Assembly (NCBI GenBank): GCA_048887225.1
Contig: JBHLJY010000001.1
Span: 320,001 to 384,000, forward strand
DNA from: Candidatus Hodarchaeota archaeon
GTDB lineage: Archaea > Asgardarchaeota > Lokiarchaeia > Sigyniarchaeales > SOKP01
Length of the DNA: 64,000 nucleotides
Reading direction: 5' to 3'
The notes beneath the pieces were generated by a model. The model ran no database searches. It had not been told where the DNA came from and saw nothing but the letters and a program-made list of their open reading frames with translations. Both the position numbers and the translations under genes were made by a program. Shown here in pieces: positions 38,107 to 48,370 of the stretch (position 1 is the first letter of the stretch; the number at the start of each line of letters is the position of its first letter).

Positions 38107-41100
38107 AAAAAATGAGAGGTAGTGGAACATTGAAAAAAATCGCACCTTTTTTGGCTGTTGTAGGAATTTTCACAGCAGTGATCACTCCTTTAGGATTACA
38201 TACAATAAACGAATTAACGCCTTATTTAAATTTAGCGGACGTTATGATGATGCCTGAAGCATTAGAAGTTGACTCTATGGAGGTAGTTGATAAAAAATAT
38301 GATAAAACTGCTGAAGAATGGCTTTTGTCTATCTCAAAAACAGAGATTAACACAAATTATCCTATCTATGAAGTTAATGGAATTTTCCTACAAAGCGAAT
38401 ACGGTTTAGATCATCCTATAAATCATTATAATAGAAAAGTATTAATCTCCGATAACTCAATAGATTTATCCGAAGCTCCCTTGCCAGGTTCAGGTCAAAT
38501 TCCTGTAGTCGTAGAATATACTATTAAAGAATGGACATCAATAACATGGCTTTTTAATTTGAAACTCAGCAATCGAGGTGATAATGATATATTATTTCCT
38601 GCCGCCAACGTCACGATCGAATATTTAGATGATACATTAGGAGAAGGATGGATCCTTCACGATTACGAAGTTCGTGCTCATCAGGACGAAATAATTAATC
38701 TCTATTTAAGAATGGAAAACAATGAACTGACTTCAAGTTTCGTAAATGCTTTGCTGCTTGGCTTACCTTTAGAGTTAACAGGAGTCCTTGAAGCTTATAT
38801 ACTTATTGAAGACGCAAACGGAGATCCTCTATTACCTATTAAACAGTCTCAGAAATTTGATTTTGTATTGCCTGCTGTAAAGAGAGGTCCTCCTCCTTTC
38901 ATCTGGTCGCTAACTAGAGGTGGAGTCTCCGCATATGAAGAGGTAGAGATTATTATAACAGCGACGGACGAAGGAACAGGAATAAATGCCAGACCTTCCA
39001 CTCCCCCTTATTCCCCAAATGAATATCGATCATATATTTACTATTCTATTGATAATGGTATCTCCTGGGAACGAACCCAGCTAAAAGGGCCTCCATGGGA
39101 TACTGAATTTAAAGGAAGATCGCTAGAGGGTTATTATCCAATAAGCTCAACTTTTTCACCACAAACTTATTCAGCAGAAATACCTGGATTTCCAGGAGGC
39201 ACTCAAGTTCTTTTCTATGTTTATCTTGAAGATTATGCTGATAATATTGATCATGAAAAACCAGGCAATTGGGCTACATCCCAAACATATTCATATGTTG
39301 TTCCTTCTGGCGGGATGTTATCATCATTTTCGGTTGAGTTCGAGGAAAGTACTGAGGATTCAATTGGGGAGAAGTTTTTTAACTGGCTGGATGAGAATGG
39401 TTTTAATCAAGATCACTTTCTATCTTTAAGTGGCATAAAAATATTCGAATCGGCTTATCTGGGTCCATATGATCCTATAATACAGTTATTCGAAGATTTT
39501 GCCGATTTACTTTATGACAAGGATGTAGACTCAACTTATGTAGTTTCAACTTTTCTTGCCGGCGATAGCGACTTCGCAGGGAGGATAATAGCAGATTCTG
39601 GTGTAGCTCCAACTTATTTATTAATTGGTTTGGGAATAGACCTTGATGACCTCTTTACTTACATTGTAGATCATATATTTTTACCCGTAAACTCTGAATT
39701 TAATTACCTTGCGCAACAAAGACTCGACGAGATATTTATCGTTGATGACTTGGAAGGTTCTTTTCCAGGGGATTGGAGTCTGACCCCTTCATATAGAAAT
39801 GAATATGATGATTCAAAATTTACAAAGATCCAACTTAATGATATATACACTATAGAGTATTCTGATGACGATGCATGGACATGGAATCAGGATCCTAGGA
39901 CAAATTCTGACAGCGTTACTCTTGAATTAGGGGGTCATCTGGCCTATACACAGAATCTCCAAAAAAGAATTTGTTTAAGATATAATCTTACTATCCCAAA
40001 AAACGCTGTAATTTTAAATGCATACTTAAATCTTACAGTTGCCGGTACTGGAGGCATTTATAATGGATTTACAAGTCGAATTTGGACTTTCGATACTGTT
40101 TCAACACCTGATTTCTCAGATTCAGGAGAAAATATTATGGAAACACGATCTCGTGTCCCAGAATACATCTCTTGGCCGATGCCATATCCTATTTCCATCA
40201 ACCAGGCATATTTATCACAAGATATCGCTTCGCTTTTGCAAAATATCGTTAATCGTGACAATTGGCAAAGTGCCAGTGAAAACAGCATTTTTGGGATTTA
40301 TATTGATGCATCTACAGATTATAATGAGCGATTACATTTCCATTCTGTTGACTTGTATAATCCTGATTATACACCAAAATTAATTGTTAATTGGGCGGAG
40401 CCTCCTACTCCTACATATAAACAATCAGATTTCGATGCAACTGATCAACTTATAACAACAGACTATAACATAATAAATGTCATTGGAGTCTGGAACACTT
40501 CGGATCATTCTTATGGAAATCTATATAATGAATCAAATGGAGATTATTTCACTGGAAATTATATCATTTTAAAAACTCCACAACCTCTAAATCAAACAGC
40601 TTTATGGATTAGGTATGAATCAGATGAAATTTTTATAGAATCGGACAATATAATATGGATAAATAGTGAACCTATAGGAACAAGATCATTAAAATGGGTC
40701 AACAATGAGCCTTCGATTCTTATATGTGATGATACTTTAAACTATGTTATAGACATTGAAGAAGAAGAAATTCTGACTTTTTACCTTAAATATGATAACT
40801 ATACAAGATTAAATGGCAAAATTTCATTTAATTTTGTTGATAATCTCGGAAGGAAAATGAGATCCAATCCAATAGAATTTATGAATACAGGAAGTTTTCA
40901 AGAAATTCCAATACCTATTAATCTCCAAAATTTTAGAATAGATAACGGGTTTGATTTCGAAGCAATTAATAAAGTAGAATTTGAATATAGTGGAACTGAG
41001 CAAGTAAATGTTTGGATCGATTATTTATGCATCTATTCTCGAGATGCTTATAGTTCACATCGATATTTTACATATGATTTACAAATAACTAATGAGAGAA

Positions 41101-41537
41101 TTGATTCTTTTCTCGATACAAAGTTCCTCTCAGCCCTATTTTATGAAGATATAATAAATGAAGCTGATTGGAGACCGAACTATACGCGCACGAGTTATTG
41201 GAACTTTCTTGACTTGATTGCAACGAGCAAGGTATTTATAAACGAATTGGGCGATGAAGAATTTAATCAGCACATGACAGCAGCTAACCTACTTTTAGAA
41301 TGGTGGGGTGTACAAAAACATTTTGAAGCACTTTGCTCATTAATAGGTGCCAAAATTGATGAATTAGAACCGGCCATCACTGATGAGGATATATATCCCT
41401 ACGCTCAAAAATTCGCAATGACGGCAATCTATCTCTCCTTAGGATTTATTGCCTCTCTTGTAGCCATTAAAAGGATAGGTAGATATCGAACTAGAAAAAA
41501 AATAGAAGAAATACGAAAAAAATATGGAAAAAAATAA
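38103..41537 (+). CDS. Surface glycoprotein B2 (paralog of B1, one DNRLRE/CBM96-like module)
   Basis: Colinear with B1 apart from a missing ~280-aa segment. Confidence 0.8.
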   Translation: MKKMRGSGTLKKIAPFLAVVGIFTAVITPLGLHTINELTPYLNLADVMMMPEALEVDSMEVVDKKYDKTAEEWLLSISKTEINTNYPIYEVNGIFLQSEYGLDHPINHYNRKVLISDNSIDLSEAPLPGSGQIPVVVEYTIKEWTSITWLFNLKLSNRGDNDILFPAANVTIEYLDDTLGEGWILHDYEVRAHQDEIINLYLRMENNELTSSFVNALLLGLPLELTGVLEAYILIEDANGDPLLPIKQSQKFDFVLPAVKRGPPPFIWSLTRGGVSAYEEVEIIITATDEGTGINARPSTPPYSPNEYRSYIYYSIDNGISWERTQLKGPPWDTEFKGRSLEGYYPISSTFSPQTYSAEIPGFPGGTQVLFYVYLEDYADNIDHEKPGNWATSQTYSYVVPSGGMLSSFSVEFEESTEDSIGEKFFNWLDENGFNQDHFLSLSGIKIFESAYLGPYDPIIQLFEDFADLLYDKDVDSTYVVSTFLAGDSDFAGRIIADSGVAPTYLLIGLGIDLDDLFTYIVDHIFLPVNSEFNYLAQQRLDEIFIVDDLEGSFPGDWSLTPSYRNEYDDSKFTKIQLNDIYTIEYSDDDAWTWNQDPRTNSDSVTLELGGHLAYTQNLQKRICLRYNLTIPKNAVILNAYLNLTVAGTGGIYNGFTSRIWTFDTVSTPDFSDSGENIMETRSRVPEYISWPMPYPISINQAYLSQDIASLLQNIVNRDNWQSASENSIFGIYIDASTDYNERLHFHSVDLYNPDYTPKLIVNWAEPPTPTYKQSDFDATDQLITTDYNIINVIGVWNTSDHSYGNLYNESNGDYFTGNYIILKTPQPLNQTALWIRYESDEIFIESDNIIWINSEPIGTRSLKWVNNEPSILICDDTLNYVIDIEEEEILTFYLKYDNYTRLNGKISFNFVDNLGRKMRSNPIEFMNTGSFQEIPIPINLQNFRIDNGFDFEAINKVEFEYSGTEQVNVWIDYLCIYSRDAYSSHRYFTYDLQITNERIDSFLDTKFLSALFYEDIINEADWRPNYTRTSYWNFLDLIATSKVFINELGDEEFNQHMTAANLLLEWWGVQKHFEALCSLIGAKIDELEPAITDEDIYPYAQKFAMTAIYLSLGFIASLVAIKRIGRYRTRKKIEEIRKKYGKK

Positions 41538-41702
41538 TAACACGGTGAAAGTAAATGGTAAAAAACTATCTGGAAACATTAGGAATAATTATTGGGAAAA
41601 ATGCATCAACACGATTTTTTCTATTTCATGTAAAAATTAAAACTAAATCAAATTCTTTAATTTTATGAAAAAGATAAGTAATTAAATAAATATTTATAAA
41701 AA

Positions 41703-43043
41703 ATGAAAAGATTGAAAAAAGCAATTTTAGTCGGATTTATTTCTTTTTCAATAATTTATATGATGTCAGTAAGTTTGGTTTTATTATTGGATGAAGATGG
41801 CAACGGGGCTGAGGGGGGAGGTGCGGAGGTCCAATTTTTACCAATAGTAATAGAATATGAAATAAAAGGAATCAGATTAACTTTCATTCATAATTTTAAT
41901 GATTCTGTTGTAATATCCTGGTTTACTGATTGGCTTTTGGATAATTATGAACCATTTGTTCGGTATTCCAGTGAATCAGATTTATCCAATTTTATCGAAA
42001 TTAAAGCAAACCGAAAATATATTAGTGGCACATTTATTTATACAGCAGAATTAGTAGATTTACGTCCTAATAGAACATACTTTTATCAAATCAGGTGTGA
42101 TGAATATAGTAAACGAGAAATAATGAGTTTTACTACCATGGCGAATAACACAGACCACATAAGATTTTTGGTTTGGGGTGATACGCAAGCAGGATTGGCT
42201 CGGGGAATTATTCTTTCTCAAAAAATGATGGAGAATAATTTCAAAGATAATTTTGAGTTCACAATTAAAACTGGAGATATCGTAGATGATGGAAGAGAGC
42301 AGTATCAATGGGATGATTATTTTATTGGTACTGAATGTTTAAATGCATATAAACAAGGAATTTATTGCGAAGGAAATCATGACACTAATGATGGAAAATC
42401 TCCGGTAACTGAAATGTATGATAATTTGCCTATGGGTAATAATTACACTAATCGTTATTATTCTTTTAGTTATGGAGGTATAGGTTTTATAATTCTCAAT
42501 TCTAATAAATATGCTGAAGGAGATGATATTCAAACGGATTGGCTTAACCAAACATTAATTCAATTTTCTCAAGAAAATTTATTTAACTTGGTATTTTTGC
42601 ATCATCCTTTATTACATGATGAGCGTGCAGGTGAATCTGATTATTATAGAGCCAATTGGAGACCTTTATTCGAGCAATATAATGTATCTATTATATTTTC
42701 TGGACATAATCATCATTATGAGCGAAGTTATCCCATTATTAATTCTTCTGTTAATCCAGAAACTATAGAATTTAATAATTCAACGCTTTATAATTATACA
42801 TATCTTAATGATCCAATTTATATAGTTTCTGGAGGGGGAGGGCACCTCTTATATGAACCTGATCGATGTAAGTGCTCAACCCACGATTTTAGAGCAAAAT
42901 TTGAGAAGGCTCTACATTTTCTACTAATTGATGTTAAAAAAAAAGCAACAAGAACTACATTATCTTTAGAAGCATGGGGGATGCCAACAGATTTCGGTGA
43001 TCTATTCTTATTCGATAATTTTACGATTTCAAAACAAAACTAG
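41703..43043 (+). CDS. Purple acid phosphatase-like metallophosphoesterase with N-terminal FN3-like domain
   Basis: GDTQ, GDIVD, GNHD, HHP, GHNHHYER; N-terminal TM. Confidence 0.9.
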   Translation: MKRLKKAILVGFISFSIIYMMSVSLVLLLDEDGNGAEGGGAEVQFLPIVIEYEIKGIRLTFIHNFNDSVVISWFTDWLLDNYEPFVRYSSESDLSNFIEIKANRKYISGTFIYTAELVDLRPNRTYFYQIRCDEYSKREIMSFTTMANNTDHIRFLVWGDTQAGLARGIILSQKMMENNFKDNFEFTIKTGDIVDDGREQYQWDDYFIGTECLNAYKQGIYCEGNHDTNDGKSPVTEMYDNLPMGNNYTNRYYSFSYGGIGFIILNSNKYAEGDDIQTDWLNQTLIQFSQENLFNLVFLHHPLLHDERAGESDYYRANWRPLFEQYNVSIIFSGHNHHYERSYPIINSSVNPETIEFNNSTLYNYTYLNDPIYIVSGGGGHLLYEPDRCKCSTHDFRAKFEKALHFLLIDVKKKATRTTLSLEAWGMPTDFGDLFLFDNFTISKQN

Positions 43044-43052
43044 TGATGCATT

Positions 43053-44282
43053 TTATATCAAGGATGCTATGAAATCAATAATATCAATTACTTTTATTTT
43101 GTTTTGAGTCTCGGGTTCCATCTCTTTCCATGCATCACTCAGACTGCCAACACAGAAGGGGCAACTCGTTATTAGAAATTGAGCTTCTGTTTCAGTAGCT
43201 TCTTTTATTCGTTCCTTTGAAATATCTAAAGCTAACTCTGGAAATTGACTTTTTACACCTCCACCAGCACCACAACACCAAGCATTTTTTTTATTTCTTT
43301 TCATTTCAATAAATTCAATTCCAGGAATTTTAAAAATAACCTCACGAGGAATATCATAAAGGTCCATATGGCGACCTAAATGACATGGATCATGATAGGT
43401 TATTTTTATTTTCTCTAGTTCCTCTGATTTAAAAGGAATTTCGTTATTATTTAACATTTCGACTAAAATTTCTGTAATGTGATTCACTTCAAAAGGCAAA
43501 TCTTCTCTTATAATTTCAGGATAATCTTTTTTCAAGGTTCTATAGCAACCTGCACACGCAGTAAATACTTTTTTTGCACCCATATCTTTAAGCATATCGA
43601 CATTATACTTCAATGTCTCTTCAATGGTTTCACCAATGCGTAATCCGATAGAACCACAGCACCACTCTTCTTTAGAGATAGCTAATTCCTTTCCAGCTGC
43701 TTGTAGAATTTTTACCATATTTTTTAAAGTGCTTGACTGTCTAAGAGGCATTGTACAACCAGCAAAAAAAACAAATTCTCCTTTTTCCTTTATATTTGGG
43801 AACTCTGCAATCCATTCATACTTTTTATCTTTATTCTCTCCGTAAGGATTTCTCATTATATCATTATTCATGTTTGCAACTATATCTATGTGTCTATCAA
43901 TGGGGGCGAATCCTGCTTCAACTAAATCTTTTCTTAGCGCTTCCCATACTTTAACATGATCAATCCAATTGCATGTTGGAAGTAAAATATAATCATTCCG
44001 GCTTTGATGACAAACTTCTGTACAGTTTCCACATTCCGAACATTGATAAATTAATTCAGCAAGTTCCTGGCTTAGAGGAATTTGCCCCATTAGAATTGAC
44101 TTTAATACATTCATTCTTCCTCGAGAAAAGTAAATTTCAAAGTCATCTCCAGTTTTAGCCTCCTTTATGGGGCATGTTAGATACCTTCCTGCAAAAGGTC
44201 TTATTGCGTAACCACAATCTCCACATCCCATACAAGCCATAATTGCTTCCCATTCTTTTTTTAAATTTTCTAATTTACTCAT
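43053..44282 (-). CDS. (Fe-S)-binding CCG-domain protein (GlcF/GlpC-like)
   Basis: CMGCGDC, CSECGNC, WCCG twice, YHDPCHLGR. Confidence 0.9.
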   Translation of the reverse strand: MSKLENLKKEWEAIMACMGCGDCGYAIRPFAGRYLTCPIKEAKTGDDFEIYFSRGRMNVLKSILMGQIPLSQELAELIYQCSECGNCTEVCHQSRNDYILLPTCNWIDHVKVWEALRKDLVEAGFAPIDRHIDIVANMNNDIMRNPYGENKDKKYEWIAEFPNIKEKGEFVFFAGCTMPLRQSSTLKNMVKILQAAGKELAISKEEWCCGSIGLRIGETIEETLKYNVDMLKDMGAKKVFTACAGCYRTLKKDYPEIIREDLPFEVNHITEILVEMLNNNEIPFKSEELEKIKITYHDPCHLGRHMDLYDIPREVIFKIPGIEFIEMKRNKKNAWCCGAGGGVKSQFPELALDISKERIKEATETEAQFLITSCPFCVGSLSDAWKEMEPETQNKIKVIDIIDFIASLI

Positions 44283-45799
44283 TTTTCATCCCCCCAAAAG
44301 TTAAATTTTCCTCGACTTAATATGAATTTTGGATCGAGTGTCTTTTTTATTGATTTCATAAGATTATAAAATTCTGGTGAATATGCTCCAATATCAACCA
44401 TATATCGCGACAAATATTCTCCCATCATATACCATTGTACTCCATGTTTAGTAACTCTTTCTAATAGAGATCTCCAAAGTTTTAGATTTATCTCCTCTAA
44501 AATTTCATGAATTTCCCCATCAAAATATTTTCCAAAACTAACAAAACCAGCTGTTAATTCTACATTATTACCGTCAACCAATGGAATTGGTCCAGTTCCA
44601 GAAATAGGTCGAGTTTTTGTAATTTCAAAAATTTTCTGCATATCTTCCGAATGTTCCATATCCCATTGATCGACATCTTGTGCTATCTTAGGAAAGGTAT
44701 TTATGGGAGTAAAACATTCCGCGGTCAATGGTATTAATCCTGGTTCCATCCCCCATAAATTATGGTAAAATAGCCAATGTCCTTGTTCAGTGTAATGCCA
44801 CTTGGCAATATTTCCATCAGAAATTTCTGGACCCAAATATTCAGATTTTTTACTTAAGATAATTTCATCTAATTGTTTAACATTTTCATTTAATTCCGCT
44901 TCTGAATTTGCTTGTATAGTATAAAAAAACATTCCGCGCTTTCTTTTTAACCTCTCCCATAATGGAAAAAATCCTCGTTCAGAACCTATCGCCACAACGA
45001 CATCAGGGATAAAAATAGCATCATAAACATCAATCCCTTTATGTCTAATTTCGGAAAATATTTGAGCGCTAGCTTCAGCAGGTTTTCTTGGGAGAAGGAA
45101 CGTTTTATAATCGGCATAAGGTGGTTTTGGAAAAACTTGTAAGGAAGCCATTGTTTTTACTCCAAAAATTCCATTATCTCCACAAAAAAGCCCAGTTAAA
45201 TCGGGACCATTACCAAATCTATTGAATGGAAACTTAGTATATTTGTTAGCCTGAGAGCCAGTTTCAATAATCTCTCCATTTGGTAAAACAACTTCCAAAG
45301 AAACCAATTGATTAGTGCATGCTCCATATTTAGCACAACCTCCACCTCCAACTGAATGATGGGAAATACCTCCTCCTATAGAAGCTGTCATACCAGATCC
45401 AGGACCCATACATCCAGTATATAAACCATAATGGCACAAATACTCGTTTAATTTGCCCCATGAAATACCTGCTTCGACAGTAGCTATTAAGTTCTCTTCG
45501 TCAAGATTTATAATATTATTCATTCTTTTCATATCCAAAACAATTCCATTATCACCAATAGGTTTGCTACCTCCAAACTCGCAATCCCCGCCGCCACGGG
45601 GTATAATTGGAACATTCTCTTCATTCGCAATTTTAAGAATTTCCGAGATTTCTTGAGCATCTTTCGGACGAATAACTATATCGGGAACTCCTTGTAATAC
45701 AGGGTCAATATTTCTTGAATAAGCGTGCCTAGTATATATGCTGTTTGAAATAAATTTTTCCGAAACAATATTTTCTAATTTTTGATACAATTCTGACAT
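44279..45799 (-). CDS. FAD-binding oxidoreductase (GlcD/D-lactate dehydrogenase-like)
   Basis: PDIVIRP, PRGGG, VEAG, ASIGG, KKTLDPKFILSRGK; overlaps the downstream Fe-S gene by 4 nt. Confidence 0.9.
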   Translation of the reverse strand: MSELYQKLENIVSEKFISNSIYTRHAYSRNIDPVLQGVPDIVIRPKDAQEISEILKIANEENVPIIPRGGGDCEFGGSKPIGDNGIVLDMKRMNNIINLDEENLIATVEAGISWGKLNEYLCHYGLYTGCMGPGSGMTASIGGGISHHSVGGGGCAKYGACTNQLVSLEVVLPNGEIIETGSQANKYTKFPFNRFGNGPDLTGLFCGDNGIFGVKTMASLQVFPKPPYADYKTFLLPRKPAEASAQIFSEIRHKGIDVYDAIFIPDVVVAIGSERGFFPLWERLKRKRGMFFYTIQANSEAELNENVKQLDEIILSKKSEYLGPEISDGNIAKWHYTEQGHWLFYHNLWGMEPGLIPLTAECFTPINTFPKIAQDVDQWDMEHSEDMQKIFEITKTRPISGTGPIPLVDGNNVELTAGFVSFGKYFDGEIHEILEEINLKLWRSLLERVTKHGVQWYMMGEYLSRYMVDIGAYSPEFYNLMKSIKKTLDPKFILSRGKFNFWGDEK

Positions 45800-45987
45800 T
45801 TTTGATACCTTAGATAATGATAATTTGAATATAGTTAATATTGAGTACTCAAATAAAATAAATATATTTCTTTGAAATATTAATTAAAATAGAGATTTTC
45901 ACATACTTGAATTTAATTAAAATTTAAAAAAATTCAATAATTAATTAAAAGAGAATTTAACCCAAACATATATTGATCTTGTGGAAA

Positions 45988-46581
45988 ATGGAAAAAATAA
46001 GAAAATATACAATATTAACAACATTATGCGTTATTTTGATTATTCCAATATTTTTTGGAATCTATAGCGAATATCTTTATGCAAGAAATTTAAACTTATT
46101 TGTTATCTTGATTTTATTGCTTAGTATGCTTATGCTCCTTTTAATAGGCAAATTAATTGGAATTTATGGTTATGATAACGAAAGTATTGAAAAGATGAGA
46201 AAACACGATGTCATTGAAGCGTTGATAAATAAAACGAATAAACTGAGATTATGGCTTTTCTTTCCGATAATTATAGTAATAGAGGAGCTAATTTTTAGAT
46301 ATTATTGTATCGGTTTTTTAATAAATCAAGTAGATGTAGATGTCATTATGGCCATATTAATCTCAAGTTTGGTTTTTTCTTTATTTCACATTCACATCTG
46401 GTTTTCTTTTAAGAATTTAAGAATTTTATTAATAAATCTAAGTTATTCATTTTTGATTGGTTTATTTAACGGATATACTTTTATAACTTTAGGACTTTTC
46501 CCTTGTATTGGATTTCATTATGCTTTAGCGATCTTATTATATTACGACATTTATAGAAAAAATTTCAAACCAGCAAATTAA
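45988..46581 (+). CDS. CPBP-family (CAAX/Abi) intramembrane metalloprotease
   Basis: EELIFR, FSLFH, H(YAL) motifs; TM segments. Confidence 0.85.
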   Translation: MEKIRKYTILTTLCVILIIPIFFGIYSEYLYARNLNLFVILILLLSMLMLLLIGKLIGIYGYDNESIEKMRKHDVIEALINKTNKLRLWLFFPIIIVIEELIFRYYCIGFLINQVDVDVIMAILISSLVFSLFHIHIWFSFKNLRILLINLSYSFLIGLFNGYTFITLGLFPCIGFHYALAILLYYDIYRKNFKPAN

Positions 46582-46642
46582 TAGATTTTGACAAGCTGCT
46601 AAATAAAATTTTGAAATAAATAAAAAAAAATAAGTTTTAAAA

Positions 46643-48370
46643 TTACATTTTTCTGAGAGATTTTTTATCAATCTTGCCAATAACAGTGAGAGGTAGGTTA
46701 TCAGAAATTTCGATAATTTTAGGTATCTTATATTTAGCTAAATTTTCTTGTGCGAATTTTAAAATATCTGCCTTCGTTTCTTCATTATTCTCATATCCTT
46801 CCTTCAATAATACATATAATTTGACTATTTCGGAGCCTGGACGATCGGGATCGGGAATGCCGATACTTGCACAAAGCTCAATTGCGGGATGTTTATTCAT
46901 TTTATCGTCAACTTCTACGCTGAATACTTTATATCCTGAAACAATTATCATATCTTTTGTTCGGTCAACTATTTTTATATACCCATCCTCATCCATAATT
47001 CCGACATCTCCAGAATAGAACCACCCTTCTTTTAGGGCATTTTTAGTCTCTTCTGGCTTATTCCAATAACCCTGAAAAATTTGAGGACCTCTTATTGCAA
47101 TCTCACCCGCCTGGCCAATTGGAACCTCTTTTTCTTTTTCTATGACATCTACTAATTTAACTTCTGTATTCGGTAATGGAACACCAACGGTTCCGATTTT
47201 TTTTGGCCCTAGATAAGGATTCATTGTTACGCCAGGAGATGCTTCTGTCATACCATATGCTTCTAATACCTTTCCTTTACCAACCACATCCTCAAATTCA
47301 TTTATGCTTTTTGTTGCGAATGGCGCAGCACCAGAAATATATCCCTGAACAGAACTTAAATCTAATTTTTTGAATTTTCGATTTTTTAAAAGCATAAGAT
47401 AGAGCGTTGGTACATTATAAAAGAGAGAGATTTTGCCTTCATATTCTTTCAATTTATTTACAATATAAGACACATCTCTCGGGTCTGGCACTAATATTTG
47501 TGAACTCGACATATAAACTGTCTGTAGGCAAAATTGTAAACCAGCTAGGTGAAAGAAAGGAAATCCAGAAATATATATATCTCCCGGATTAGCACCAGGT
47601 TTAAACCAATGTTCAATTATTTGCAGCATAGATATCAAATTTCTATGAGTTAAAATTGCGCCTTTAGGAGGACCAGTGGTTCCGCCTGTATATTGAAGTA
47701 ATAGAACGTCGTCAGGTTCGATTTTGACATCAGGAGGTTTATCACTTGGATATTTTTCTAAAATTTCATTATATGTGAAGTATTTTATTCCCTTAATAGG
47801 CTCTACTTTTCCAAATGGAATCCTACCTATTTTTATCAGTTGTTCTTTCATAGATGGCTCTATATCTAACGTATCTGCCGCACTTGTAGTAATAACGATC
47901 TTAACATCAGTTTCTCCTCCTTGAAGCGCTTCTCTAACCTTTTCTTCATAAAAAGAATCAAGAGTTACTATAGCAACTGCTCCACAATCTTTTAATTGAT
48001 ACGTTATCTCGTGAGAAGAGAGGAGAAAATTTATGCCTGAAGCAGCACATCCCGAGCAGAACGTTCCAAATAGGCTTACAATAAATTGCGGAAGGTTTGG
48101 TAAATTTATAGCCACTCTATCGCCTTTTTTTAAACCATTTTCAACAAGACATTTAGCAAAACTATTAACTAACTTTTCTGCTTCTTTAAACGTCGCACGA
48201 GAACCTTGAAAATCGTAACAAAGATTATCTGGATAATTGTTAACGGTTCTTTGAAACATTTCAGCTATTGAATAAACCTCTATCTCAATCTCCGGCTTTA
48301 CGTGGTCGTCATAAGATTTTAACCATATTTTTGACGAATATGGACTACTTTCACTAGTTTTTTGTGTAAT
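46643..48370 (-). CDS. Long-chain fatty-acid--CoA ligase
   Basis: YTGGTTGPPKG, YGMTEASP, SGDVG...DRTKD. Conserved KIWLKSYDDHV lies upstream of the tracked ATG (48259), so the start is probably ATT at 48370. Confidence 0.9.
   Translation of the reverse strand: MTQKTSESSPYSSKIWLKSYDDHVKPEIEIEVYSIAEMFQRTVNNYPDNLCYDFQGSRATFKEAEKLVNSFAKCLVENGLKKGDRVAINLPNLPQFIVSLFGTFCSGCAASGINFLLSSHEITYQLKDCGAVAIVTLDSFYEEKVREALQGGETDVKIVITTSAADTLDIEPSMKEQLIKIGRIPFGKVEPIKGIKYFTYNEILEKYPSDKPPDVKIEPDDVLLLQYTGGTTGPPKGAILTHRNLISMLQIIEHWFKPGANPGDIYISGFPFFHLAGLQFCLQTVYMSSSQILVPDPRDVSYIVNKLKEYEGKISLFYNVPTLYLMLLKNRKFKKLDLSSVQGYISGAAPFATKSINEFEDVVGKGKVLEAYGMTEASPGVTMNPYLGPKKIGTVGVPLPNTEVKLVDVIEKEKEVPIGQAGEIAIRGPQIFQGYWNKPEETKNALKEGWFYSGDVGIMDEDGYIKIVDRTKDMIIVSGYKVFSVEVDDKMNKHPAIELCASIGIPDPDRPGSEIVKLYVLLKEGYENNEETKADILKFAQENLAKYKIPKIIEISDNLPLTVIGKIDKKSLRKM

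Larger units (their letters stand above)
36033..41600 (+). repeat. Second, diverged copy of the ~27256-33745 cassette
   Basis: Shared start GAGAAAAAAGGGATAAAACTC...; paralogous A and B genes; ends in a remnant of the 33695 gene start (GGAAACATTAGGAATA at ~41572). Confidence 0.9.

Noticed and set aside
27306-41537. Diversity-generating retroelement as the source of variable loops
   Set aside because: No reverse transcriptase in the window; differences between paralogs include indels and all base types rather than adenine-only substitutions; no non-coding template repeat seen.
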